This document shows positions 1 to 10,632 of a DNA stretch of 64,000 nt, one piece after another. Every line of letters starts with the position of its first letter. Position 1 is the first letter of the stretch. The position numbers and the translations under genes are program-made. The notes under the pieces were generated by a model that searched no databases, had not been told where the DNA came from, and worked only from the letters and a program-made list of their open reading frames with translations. The stretch comes from Candidatus Roizmanbacteria bacterium CG_4_9_14_0_2_um_filter_38_17 (GTDB lineage Bacteria > Patescibacteriota > Microgenomatia > GCA-00278855), in NCBI GenBank assembly GCA_002788855.1, contig PFSB01000013.1:21608-85607 (forward strand), written 5' to 3'.

Positions 1-1302
<1,302 letters not shown>

Positions 1303-1316
1303 GCGATTGTTATATT

Positions 1317-1745
1317 GTGTTATCACTATCAATTGTCACCCCAGAAAAAATAGCATTTGAAGGTGAAATCAAACAGGTAACTGTGCCTGGCGCTGATGGG
1401 CAGCTCACCATCTTGTCTAAACATGCCTCGCTCTTCGCTCAATTGATTGAGGGTGAGCTACAGATAATGGTAAGTAACAAGCCTATATATATGGCCATAG
1501 GTGGGGGCTTTGTTGAAGTTCATAAAGATAAGATGGTGCTGATGGTAACGAGAGCTATAAAGGAAGACGAGCTTAATGAAAAGGAAATTTTAAAAGCTAA
1601 GGCTCGAGCGGAAGAAATACTTAAAGACAAACTGGATCCTCAAGAATACCAGCAGACACATGCATTATTAAGAGCTCACTTAGTAGATTTAAGGGTATTG
1701 AAGCACAGTCGAAACCGAAGGTCTGCAAAAACGCAAAATATTTAA
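1317..1745 (+). CDS. atpC: ATP synthase epsilon subunit
   Basis: Directly downstream of atpD; N-terminal beta-sandwich motif LSIVTPEKIAFEGEI..VTVPG; 142 aa. Confidence 0.8.
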   Translation: MLSLSIVTPEKIAFEGEIKQVTVPGADGQLTILSKHASLFAQLIEGELQIMVSNKPIYMAIGGGFVEVHKDKMVLMVTRAIKEDELNEKEILKAKARAEEILKDKLDPQEYQQTHALLRAHLVDLRVLKHSRNRRSAKTQNI

Positions 1746-1992
1746 AGGCTAGGGGGTAAGTATAAACTGTATGATATGCATTGTAATATATGTTTAGACT
1801 GCAAGCAAAGAATTGGCATTCCGATAATCTACAAAAAAGAGAACAGACCAGCTGTCAGATTATTTGTAGGAGCAATTTATAAGAGAGGTATATAGGTAAC
1901 ATATAAGGACGGTCCTTATATGTTAAGTTTTTTTGCTTTCTGGGAGGCGAGATTTTTTCTTGTCTTTTATTCCTGATGTCTGGTGCTGTTTT

Positions 1993-2013
1993 AGATAATT
2001 TCAAGTAAGGCTA
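1993..2013. repeat. Perfect palindrome aagtaaggct-a-agccttactt (copy A of a recurring family)
   Basis: Dyad symmetry read directly; related copies at 12093-12121 and 38367-38400. Confidence 0.6.
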
Positions 2014-2063
2014 AGCCTTACTTTAAGATCAAAACTTAACGAATAAGTCCAATGAGTCACCAA

Positions 2064-2197
2064 TAGGTAAACTATGAAACAACAGATAGGATAAGAAGCA
2101 TACTACCGAACAATCGGGGATATAATTCCTGGATGAAAAAGGTTGTCTCAATGCATGCATTTGCAGACTCGGATACAGCTGTTTCATAGTTTACCTA
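2064..2197. repeat. MITE-like unit. 18-bp inverted repeats taggtaaactatgaaaca / tgtttcatagtttaccta bracket about 98 bp.
   Basis: Inverted repeat read directly; lies immediately 5' of a transposase C-terminal remnant. Confidence 0.35.
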
Positions 2198-2232
2198 GAC
2201 CTTCAAAACTAAGTCATCAGCTAATGCTTTAA

Positions 2233-2337
2233 AAGTATCTCTATTTCTACAACAATGATAGAATCCATGAGGGCCTTGGTGATAAAACACCAGCAACTGT
2301 TCTAGGAAAGGAGATTAAAAGTCCAAAAGGTCCGTAG
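2233..2337 (+). pseudogene. Remnant of a DDE transposase/integrase C-terminus (IS3/IS481-like), 34 codons with no start
   Basis: Translation KYLYFYNNDRIHEGLGDKTPATVLGKEIKSPKGP* matches the conserved ...YNxxRxHxxLgxkTPaev C-terminal end of rve-domain transposases. Confidence 0.45.
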
Positions 2338-2387
2338 CCTAAACATGGGGTTGTGTAATATACATATAAATGGTATAAAAATGAGCA

Positions 2388-3425
2388 ATGCTTAATGGTA
2401 CTTTAGAGCTTGCAGATGGAACACAAATCCATGGTAGAAGTATAGGAGCACCGACATTTAGTTCTGGTGAAGTAGTTTTTACTACTGGAATGGTTGGATA
2501 TCCTGAGGCTTTGACAGATCTTTCATACCGCGGACAGATTTTAGTTTTCACTTATCCCTTGATTGGTAGTTATGGCGTTAAGGACAAAACATATGAAAGT
2601 CAGGCAATTCAGGTAGAGGGGGTTATCATGTCAGAGGAGGTTAATAACTATAGCCATCATAGCGCTGTAAAAAATATAACTACATGGTTTGAGGAACAAG
2701 GTGTTCCAGCTCTATCTGGGATAGATACCAGGGCTTTAACTCTTAAGCTTAGAGAATCTGGAGTGATGGGTGGAAAGCTGTATTTTCATGAGGAAGATAA
2801 AAACAGAGAGATCGTAGATAATAACACTAGTAATCTACCAGCTGAGATTTCAGTTAGTAAGCCAATTACTTTAGGTAAGGGTAAGACTCATCTTGGACTA
2901 GTTGATTGTGGAACTAAGCAAGGCATCATAGACTCTTTACTTGCAGAGAAAGTAAAAATAACAATATTACCCTGGAACTGGAGTAGTTTAGAGGAATACG
3001 ATGGAGTAGTTGTGGGTAATGGACCAGGTGATCCTAAGATGCTTACGGAAACTGTAGAAAATATTAGGTCATATATGAACTGCAAAAAACCTCTTTTGGG
3101 TATATGTTTGGGCAATCAGATAATCTCTCTAGCTGCAGGTGGAGATACATATAAGCTTGCCTTTGGCCATCGCTCACATAATCAACCTGTTTTGGATAGG
3201 TCAACTAATAAAGCTTACTTAACTACCCAAAACCATGGATATGCAGTTGATTCAAAAAAACTGCCTAGGTTGTGGGAAGAGTGGTTTGTAAATCTAAATG
3301 ATCATACAAATGAAGGGATAAAACATAAAACACTACCCTTTATGTCTACGCAGTTTCACCCAGAAGGTAGACCAGGACCTGAAGATACTAACTGGCTATT
3401 TAGATATTTTGTGAAATTATGTTAA
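2388..3425 (+). CDS. carA: Carbamoyl-phosphate synthase small (glutaminase) subunit
   Basis: N-terminal CPSase_sm domain and class I GATase motif GICLGNQ; overlaps carB start. Confidence 0.9.
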   Translation: MLNGTLELADGTQIHGRSIGAPTFSSGEVVFTTGMVGYPEALTDLSYRGQILVFTYPLIGSYGVKDKTYESQAIQVEGVIMSEEVNNYSHHSAVKNITTWFEEQGVPALSGIDTRALTLKLRESGVMGGKLYFHEEDKNREIVDNNTSNLPAEISVSKPITLGKGKTHLGLVDCGTKQGIIDSLLAEKVKITILPWNWSSLEEYDGVVVGNGPGDPKMLTETVENIRSYMNCKKPLLGICLGNQIISLAAGGDTYKLAFGHRSHNQPVLDRSTNKAYLTTQNHGYAVDSKKLPRLWEEWFVNLNDHTNEGIKHKTLPFMSTQFHPEGRPGPEDTNWLFRYFVKLC

Positions 3426-6400
3426 AAATTTTAATACTCGGTTCAGGAGCGTTGCAGATTGGCCAAGCTGGTGAATTTGATTACTCAGGATCTCAAGCTA
3501 TAAAAGCTGTAAAAGAGGAAGGTAACAAAGTCATCTTAGTTAATCCAAATATCGCTACTATTCAGACCTCGAGAGGTCTTGCTGATAAGGTATATTTTTT
3601 ACCAGTTACCCCAGAGTTTGTTACTAAAGTTATTATAAAGGAAAAACCTGATGCGGTTATGTTAGCATTTGGTGGTCAAACAGCCTTAAATTGTGGGCTA
3701 AAGTTGTATAGGCAGGGAGTATTTAAGAAACATAATGTCAAGGTGCTTGGAACATCTCTTAAAACAATTGAAATAACAGAGGATAGAGAGCTTTTTAAAA
3801 GAGAGATGAAGAGACTTAAGTTAGATGTGGCTATAAGCTCTACCGTAAACTCGATTAAACAGGCCCATAAAGTAATGCAAAATATGAAATATCCGGTCAT
3901 GTTGCGTTCTGCTTTTGCTCTTGGTGGACTTGGTTCTGCAGTTGTTTACAATAAGCAGCAACTAGATAAACAGCTAAAAATTGCACTTTCACAATCCAAG
4001 CAAGTTTTAGTTGAGGAGTATCTGGGTGGTTGGAAGGAAATTGAGTATGAAGTAATACGAGATGCTAATGGAAATAAGGTGACTATATGCAATATGGAGA
4101 ATATGGACCCTATGGGAATCCACACTGGTGAGTCGATTGTTGTTGCTCCTTCTCAAACATTAACTAATGACGAATATTTTGGACTTAGAAGAGTTAGTTT
4201 AGACTGTATTGAGGGATTAGGGATAATTGGTGAATGCAATATTCAGTTTGCTTTTAACCCCCACCCCAAAAATAGTAAGCTGGATTATAGAATTATTGAG
4301 GTTAATGCAAGGCTTTCGAGATCTTCTGCCTTGGCTTCAAAGGCAACTGGTTATCCTTTGGCATTTGTAGCTGCAAAAATTGGATTAGGTAAAACACTTC
4401 CCGAAATTAAGAATGCTGTGACTAAGACAACTACAGCTTTTTTTGAGCCAGCGCTCGACTACTTAGTTGTAAAAATTCCACGATGGGACTTGAATAAATT
4501 TGATAGAGTGAATGAGCTGTTGGGTTCTGAGATGAAGAGTGTTGGGGAAGTAATGGCAATCGGTAGGACATTTCCCGAAGCAATTCAAAAAGCAGTGAGA
4601 ATGTTGGATATTGGTTATTCGGGGGTCATTCCAGATAGCGATCGAACTATAAATTATGAGCAGGAACTTGCTAATCCCACGCCTGAGCGATTATTTCTAA
4701 TATCACAAGCTCTTATGAAGGGTATGTCTCCTGAAAAGATAGCTAATTTAAGCAAGATTGATATATGGTTTATATATCAAATTCAGCGAGTTGTTAAGTA
4801 CTATATGAAGATGAAATCAAGTAAACAAAGAACTCCAGAGCAGATAAAAACTGCAAAGAAACTTGGCTTTTCAGATAATGAGCTGGCAAAAATATTTAAT
4901 TTAGGCGAGGATAAGATTCGTTTATATAGAAAAAAGCATAGTATTTTGCCTGTAATTAAAAAAATAGATACACTGGCAGGAGAGTTTCCGGCAGAGACTA
5001 ATTATCTCTACATGACTTATAATGGAAATAGTAATGATGTAGCTAGAACTAATAGGAAATCGGTGGGAATATTGGGTGGAGGACCATATAGAATAGGATC
5101 GTCAGTAGAGTTTGATTGGTGTGCGGTTAGTGCCTGCTGGGAATTTAAGAAAAGAGGATATTCAACAGTAATGCTAAACTGTAACCCCGAAACTGTCTCC
5201 ACTGATTACGACATTAGCGATAGGCTGTATTTTGATGAGCTGACTTTTGAGAGAGCTCTAGATATAGCAGAATACGAAAATATACCACTTGTGGTATCGG
5301 TTGGGGGACAAACGCCTAATAATCTAGCTTTGAAGCTTAAAAATGCGGGTATCAGCGTACTTGGTACTTCACCAAAAGATATAGATAGAGCTGAAGATAG
5401 ACATAAATTTTCAAAACTTCTGGATAAAATTAAAGTTTTGCAACCTGCTTGGGCAGAGGTTAAGAGTCGTTCTGCGGCTGTAACTGCAGCTGATAAAATT
5501 GGTTATCCAGTGTTAATGCGCCCTTCATATGTTTTATCTGGTCAAGCAATGTTTGTTGCGTTTAGCGAAGCTGAGTTAAATAGTTATCTAGATTCTGAAA
5601 GTGTGAAAGAGGTTGGTTATCCTCTTACAATGAGTAAGTATTATTTAGGTTACAAGGAAACAGATGTGGATGGAGTTGCGAGTTGCGGAGGTCTTTTAAG
5701 AACTGTAATTTTAGAACATGTTGAAAATGCAGGTGTTCATTCAGGTGATGCATCTTTAGTATATCCATCACCAACTCTGCCCTTAAATATTCAACAAAAG
5801 ATAGTTCGCCAGACAGCAAGAATTGCTAAGGAGCTTCGAATAAATGGTCCATTTAATATACAATTTTTGGTGAGCAATCAGGACATTCGTGTTATTGAGT
5901 GTAATCTTAGAACATCTAGAAGTTTCCCTTTTTCTTCTAAAGTTACTAATTCTAATTTAATCTCTTTTGCAGTTAAAGCAATGATTGAAAATAAAGTAGG
6001 TAGAGGCAAGGATGATATTGTTCTGTCTCAGAAAGCTAATTTTACAGCTGTTAAGGTTCCTCAATTTTCCTTTTCCAGACTGCGCGGAGCAGACCCTGTC
6101 TTAAAAGTTGAGATGGCTTCTACAGGTGAAGCTGCAAGTTTTGCTTCTAATTTACATGAAGCCTTTTTAAAAGCTGTAATTTCTACAGAGGTTAAGCTTC
6201 CCTCTAAAGCAGCTTTATTGTCGCTGGGTGGATACCATGCAAAGAGGAAATTTTTAACTCCAGCTCTGTTGTTGCAGCAGATTGGCTTTAAGTTGTATGC
6301 GACTGGCAAAACCTGTGATTTTTTAGCTGCTAATGGGTTAAATGTAACTTGTGTATATAAGATATATGAGAAAAAGCAACCAGATGTTCCAGCCACCATT

Positions 6401-6646
6401 ATTGGCGGGATGGTTGATTTAGTTATTAATACAAGTGAGATGCCAGACGTTGGTATGGAAAAATTTAAGAAGCAGACCACTGATGGATATCTTATTAGAA
6501 GAGCTGCAATTGACCATGGTGTTCCCTTAATTACAGACTTACATAACGCCTGTTTATTTGTTGAGTCACTGGCATTGATGAGAAATAAAACATTTGAAAT
6601 TAACAGCTGGGATGAGTATCTTGACAATGCCTTAACAAAGAGTTAA
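3419..6646 (+). CDS. carB: Carbamoyl-phosphate synthase large subunit
   Basis: 1075 aa with duplicated ATP-grasp halves, oligomerisation and MGS-like domains; collinear with carA. Confidence 0.95.
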   Translation: MLKILILGSGALQIGQAGEFDYSGSQAIKAVKEEGNKVILVNPNIATIQTSRGLADKVYFLPVTPEFVTKVIIKEKPDAVMLAFGGQTALNCGLKLYRQGVFKKHNVKVLGTSLKTIEITEDRELFKREMKRLKLDVAISSTVNSIKQAHKVMQNMKYPVMLRSAFALGGLGSAVVYNKQQLDKQLKIALSQSKQVLVEEYLGGWKEIEYEVIRDANGNKVTICNMENMDPMGIHTGESIVVAPSQTLTNDEYFGLRRVSLDCIEGLGIIGECNIQFAFNPHPKNSKLDYRIIEVNARLSRSSALASKATGYPLAFVAAKIGLGKTLPEIKNAVTKTTTAFFEPALDYLVVKIPRWDLNKFDRVNELLGSEMKSVGEVMAIGRTFPEAIQKAVRMLDIGYSGVIPDSDRTINYEQELANPTPERLFLISQALMKGMSPEKIANLSKIDIWFIYQIQRVVKYYMKMKSSKQRTPEQIKTAKKLGFSDNELAKIFNLGEDKIRLYRKKHSILPVIKKIDTLAGEFPAETNYLYMTYNGNSNDVARTNRKSVGILGGGPYRIGSSVEFDWCAVSACWEFKKRGYSTVMLNCNPETVSTDYDISDRLYFDELTFERALDIAEYENIPLVVSVGGQTPNNLALKLKNAGISVLGTSPKDIDRAEDRHKFSKLLDKIKVLQPAWAEVKSRSAAVTAADKIGYPVLMRPSYVLSGQAMFVAFSEAELNSYLDSESVKEVGYPLTMSKYYLGYKETDVDGVASCGGLLRTVILEHVENAGVHSGDASLVYPSPTLPLNIQQKIVRQTARIAKELRINGPFNIQFLVSNQDIRVIECNLRTSRSFPFSSKVTNSNLISFAVKAMIENKVGRGKDDIVLSQKANFTAVKVPQFSFSRLRGADPVLKVEMASTGEAASFASNLHEAFLKAVISTEVKLPSKAALLSLGGYHAKRKFLTPALLLQQIGFKLYATGKTCDFLAANGLNVTCVYKIYEKKQPDVPATIIGGMVDLVINTSEMPDVGMEKFKKQTTDGYLIRRAAIDHGVPLITDLHNACLFVESLALMRNKTFEINSWDEYLDNALTKS

Positions 6647-6653
6647 AAGCAAT

Positions 6654-7604
6654 ATGACAATGTTAAAAATTGATGGGAATTTTAAAAACAAGCATATTCT
6701 TTCTGTGGAACAGTTTAGTAAATCTGATATTAAATTACTCTTCACTGAAACCGATAGCATGAAAAAGTTAGTTGTGACTAAGGGGGGCAACAACAAGTTA
6801 CAGCATAGGATCATGACGGCACTTTTCTATGAGCCTTCGAGTCGTACATTTAGCTCGTATATTGCAGCAATGGAGAGATTGGGTGGTGGTATTATCCCCA
6901 TTCATGGAATTGAAAACTCATCAGTTAAAAAGGGAGAGACTCTAGAAGACACAGTTCGTGTATTTAGTAGCTATAGCGATATAATTGTTATTCGGCACCC
7001 AGAGACGGGTTTGGTAGCTAGGGCAGCAAAGTCAAGCCAAGTTCCTGTTATAAATGCAGGTGATGGCGCTGGTGAACATCCAACTCAGGCATTACTAGAC
7101 CTTTATACAATTTCAAGCCACTTTAGCTTACATAAGGAAGTTACAATAACTATGGTGGGAGACTTAAAATATGGAAGAACTATCCATTCTTTATCAAAAC
7201 TGCTCTCTCTATTTTCAAAAGTTAATATAATATACGTCTCTCCAGCAACTCTAAAAGTCCCCAAAAAGATTTTGGATTATATTAAGGAAACTAAGATATC
7301 TTTTAATGAAATAACAGATTTTAATGAAGCAATTTCTCAAGCTGATGTTTTATATATGACAAGAATTCAGAAAGAAAGATTTAGAAATATAGCTTCCTAC
7401 AACAAGGTTAAGAATAGTTATATATTGAATATTAAGCGACTTGAAAAAGCAAAAAAGAAGATGATCATTATGCATCCCTTACCAAGAATAAATGAGATAA
7501 CACCGGGTGTTGATGATGACCCTCGTGCGGTATATTTTACGGAAAGTGTTGCAAATGGTATGTATCTTCGAATGGCACTATTGAAGCTGGCATTAACTAA
7601 ATGA
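6654..7604 (+). CDS. pyrB: Aspartate carbamoyltransferase catalytic subunit
   Basis: STRTR-type motif YEPSSRTFSSY and the HPLP motif; 316 aa. Confidence 0.9.
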   Translation: MTMLKIDGNFKNKHILSVEQFSKSDIKLLFTETDSMKKLVVTKGGNNKLQHRIMTALFYEPSSRTFSSYIAAMERLGGGIIPIHGIENSSVKKGETLEDTVRVFSSYSDIIVIRHPETGLVARAAKSSQVPVINAGDGAGEHPTQALLDLYTISSHFSLHKEVTITMVGDLKYGRTIHSLSKLLSLFSKVNIIYVSPATLKVPKKILDYIKETKISFNEITDFNEAISQADVLYMTRIQKERFRNIASYNKVKNSYILNIKRLEKAKKKMIIMHPLPRINEITPGVDDDPRAVYFTESVANGMYLRMALLKLALTK

Positions 7605-7606
7605 AG

Positions 7607-8965
7607 TTAGATTTGCTTAACCAACCTGTGCGCGCTGGGTTTAGTTGCTATTATTTTACCCATGCTATATAGGAGCTTACCACGTAGAAATGTAGCATAT
7701 GGCCTTCCAATAAGTTCCATTCCTTCATATGCTGACCATTTGAGCTTTGTAAACAAATCCTGTTTTTGAACTTTCCATATATTATTAACATCAATTACAA
7801 CTAAATCTGCATCATTTCCTATTTGGATACCAGATTTTTGAGTAAATCCAAAGAAGTTTGCGACATTTGTTGATCCCATATTTGCTAGTCGCATGAGTCC
7901 CTCTTCAAGTGTATTTTTTCCAAATTGCCTAATCCAGCCCGTGATAAACACCGCAACTGATTCTTGTACTCCTGGAGTACCACTTGCGGCTTTCCATATA
8001 TCACCCTGCTTTTCATCTAGCGTATGAGGCGTGTGTTCAGAACAATACCCGTCGATTATACCTTTTCGAACCATCTGCCACAGCTTCGCATTTGTCTTGA
8101 GGGAGCGGATTGCGGGGGAGACTTTGATAAGCGTGCCCAGTTTTTCATAATCATCAGTTGTAAAAAATAACTGATAGCCGGTAACTTCTCCTCCCACATT
8201 TATTCCTTTTAATCGTGCTTTTCTTATTTCTTCAAATTCCCCTTGTGTACTTGCATGAAGAATCCATAATTTTGTCTTATATTTCACAGCAAGTTCTACT
8301 GCAATTTTTGCAGCTTTTATGACAACTGCTTCATTTCGTGCTTGGGAATAAGCAAACATGTCAGTACGACCACTTCTTTGTAGAGCTTGTTCCTGCTTCG
8401 TTACAAGACTTTGATCCTCAGCATGAGCTAGAACGGGAAATCCTCTTTCGGCAGCTATTTTCCAAATCCTTGCCTGATCTTTTTTGTTTGTAACTGTTGT
8501 TGGTGTTGTTTGGTGTCCAGCCATAAACACTTTTACCCCTACTATTTCACTGGTATCAACTTTCTCTAGCTCTGGTATGTCCTTGACAGATGTACCGAAA
8601 TTGATAGCAAAATCGCAATATGATTTTTTACTATACCTAGCTATCTGCTGGTGAAGAAGTTTGACGGTAGTTATAGGGGGATTTGTGTTGGGCATATCAA
8701 ATACAGTTGTAAAGCCACCGGCGAGAGCTGCACGTGTACCATGGCTGATATCCTCTTTATGCTCAAATCCTGGCTCTCTAAAATGACCATGCGTTTCGAT
8801 GAACCCTGGCATCACGTAGTTACCATTTACATCATAAGAAGATTTTGAACTGGAAAATTTATTGGAGATATTGGTAATTTTTCCATTTGAAAAAGACACT
8901 GTGCCATGAATAATCTTATCTTGAGTAATTATGCGCGCATTGGTGATAGATGAATATGTGGTCAA
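7607..8965 (-). CDS. pyrC: Dihydroorotase (multifunctional-type amidohydrolase)
   Basis: Metal-binding HGHxR (GFIETHGHFREPG) and amidohydrolase fold motifs; 452 aa; pyr cluster context. Confidence 0.8.
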   Translation of the reverse strand: MTTYSSITNARIITQDKIIHGTVSFSNGKITNISNKFSSSKSSYDVNGNYVMPGFIETHGHFREPGFEHKEDISHGTRAALAGGFTTVFDMPNTNPPITTVKLLHQQIARYSKKSYCDFAINFGTSVKDIPELEKVDTSEIVGVKVFMAGHQTTPTTVTNKKDQARIWKIAAERGFPVLAHAEDQSLVTKQEQALQRSGRTDMFAYSQARNEAVVIKAAKIAVELAVKYKTKLWILHASTQGEFEEIRKARLKGINVGGEVTGYQLFFTTDDYEKLGTLIKVSPAIRSLKTNAKLWQMVRKGIIDGYCSEHTPHTLDEKQGDIWKAASGTPGVQESVAVFITGWIRQFGKNTLEEGLMRLANMGSTNVANFFGFTQKSGIQIGNDADLVVIDVNNIWKVQKQDLFTKLKWSAYEGMELIGRPYATFLRGKLLYSMGKIIATKPSAHRLVKQI

Positions 8966-10611
8966 ATTTTTACTGTCTTACTCAATGTTGTCGTTAAGGA
9001 GATGCCTACTTTACGTACTATAATATTTTTCTCTTGTTTTTTACTCATTTTTGAATAGTCGTCTCGAAAGTGTGCACCACGGCTCTCCTTACGCATGACT
9101 GCAGTGGCAATGATAATTCTAGCAAGCTTGACCATTTCGATCGTCTCTAATGTTTGAGCGAGTGACTTTTTTGTTGCCGTCAATTTTGCTGTCTCTTTTA
9201 GTAGCTTAGATACTTCGTGTTTTGCTATCTTTAAACCTTTGTCATTTCTCACGATGCCAACATACTCCCACATGATCGCTTTTAATTTGTCTTGAACTGT
9301 TTTGTAGCTTACCCCTTGTTTGCGATTTAATAGATCTTCAACCTTTTTAATCTCAGCTGTAATTTTTTCATTTGACAATTTTTTATGCTTTTGTCCCAAA
9401 CAATATTCACTAGCGCGAATACCGACGCGTCTACCAAATACTTGACCTTCTGCTAGTGAATTCCCCCCGAGTCGGTTTGCCCCGTGAATGCCACCGGTTA
9501 CTTCACCTGCACCAAAGAATCCGGGTATATTTGTCTCACCCCATTCATTGATGCGAATACCTCCCATCATATGATGAGCCGTTGGTGTAATTTCCATTTT
9601 TTCGCGACTAATATCTACACCAACTTGTTTAAAATTATCATAAACATCAGGTATAAGCTTTTTTATTTGTTGCAACCCAAGTTCACGTACATCCAAGTAG
9701 ACTCCTCCATGCTTAGTCCCTCTTCCTTCTTTTATTTCTGTATAAATTGCACGTGTTACTTCATCTCTTCCTGCAAGTTCCATAAGTTTTGGCTGATATC
9801 TCTTCATAAACCGTTCACCTTTTGAGTTGTATAATTTACCTTTATGGCCACGGACCTTTTCGGTAATTAACTTGCCACGAACTGATGAGGGATGTGCCAT
9901 ACCCGTGGGATGAAATTGAACAAATTCCATATCTACAAGATCAACACCACTATCATATGCCCAGGCATATCCTTCGCCGGTATTACTTGGCTCATTTGAT
10001 GTAATCTCATAGAGCATGCCTGCGCCACCTGCTGCAACCAGTATGGATTTGGCAGAGAAGTATACAGGGCTGTTATCTTTAAGATTCAACGCTAAGGCGC
10101 CATATACTCCTTTCTTGTCAGCAAATATTTTAGTAACAAAGTGATTAGCAAAGAAGGGAAGCGAGAGAGATTTAACTTTATTGGATAGTCCATGCATCAT
10201 TTCACGGCCAGTGTAGTCTCCAGCGCATAAGTTAAGTGGTGCAGTCTGCTTGCCTCCAGCCCAGGTATAAAACGATCCGTCAGGTAGGCGATCAAATTTA
10301 ACCCCATATGATACAAGATCGTGAATTCGATCTGGCATTTCATGGGTAAAGATACGCACTAATTTTTGATTATTTATGTACCATCCACCTTTGACTGTAT
10401 CCTGGAAATGAAGTTCGGGCGTTGCAGGATCTTTAAGTGCCACATTAAGTCCGCCCATGGCCTTATCTGTATGTGCATGTCCAAATGGCTCTTTAGAAAC
10501 AGCAGTAATTTTAATGCCATACTTAGCTGCTTCGATAGCCGCGCGCATCCCTGCACCACCTGCACCAATTATAAGAAGATCTGTCTCAACAGTGTCCCAG
10601 CTCTTTTTCAT
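8962..10611 (-). CDS. FAD-dependent flavoprotein of the succinate dehydrogenase/fumarate reductase/L-aspartate oxidase family. Start reassigned to MKKSWDTVETD at 10611; the track's 10803 start adds a hydrophobic junk extension.
   Basis: N-terminal dinucleotide fold LLIIGAGGAGMRAA; FVQFHPTG and C-terminal ESRGAHFRDDY motifs; about 549 aa with a short C-terminus like NadB or archaeal TfrA. Confidence 0.6.
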   Translation of the reverse strand: MKKSWDTVETDLLIIGAGGAGMRAAIEAAKYGIKITAVSKEPFGHAHTDKAMGGLNVALKDPATPELHFQDTVKGGWYINNQKLVRIFTHEMPDRIHDLVSYGVKFDRLPDGSFYTWAGGKQTAPLNLCAGDYTGREMMHGLSNKVKSLSLPFFANHFVTKIFADKKGVYGALALNLKDNSPVYFSAKSILVAAGGAGMLYEITSNEPSNTGEGYAWAYDSGVDLVDMEFVQFHPTGMAHPSSVRGKLITEKVRGHKGKLYNSKGERFMKRYQPKLMELAGRDEVTRAIYTEIKEGRGTKHGGVYLDVRELGLQQIKKLIPDVYDNFKQVGVDISREKMEITPTAHHMMGGIRINEWGETNIPGFFGAGEVTGGIHGANRLGGNSLAEGQVFGRRVGIRASEYCLGQKHKKLSNEKITAEIKKVEDLLNRKQGVSYKTVQDKLKAIMWEYVGIVRNDKGLKIAKHEVSKLLKETAKLTATKKSLAQTLETIEMVKLARIIIATAVMRKESRGAHFRDDYSKMSKKQEKNIIVRKVGISLTTTLSKTVKI

Positions 10612-10632
10612 ATCTAAGAGGTATAGTATCAT

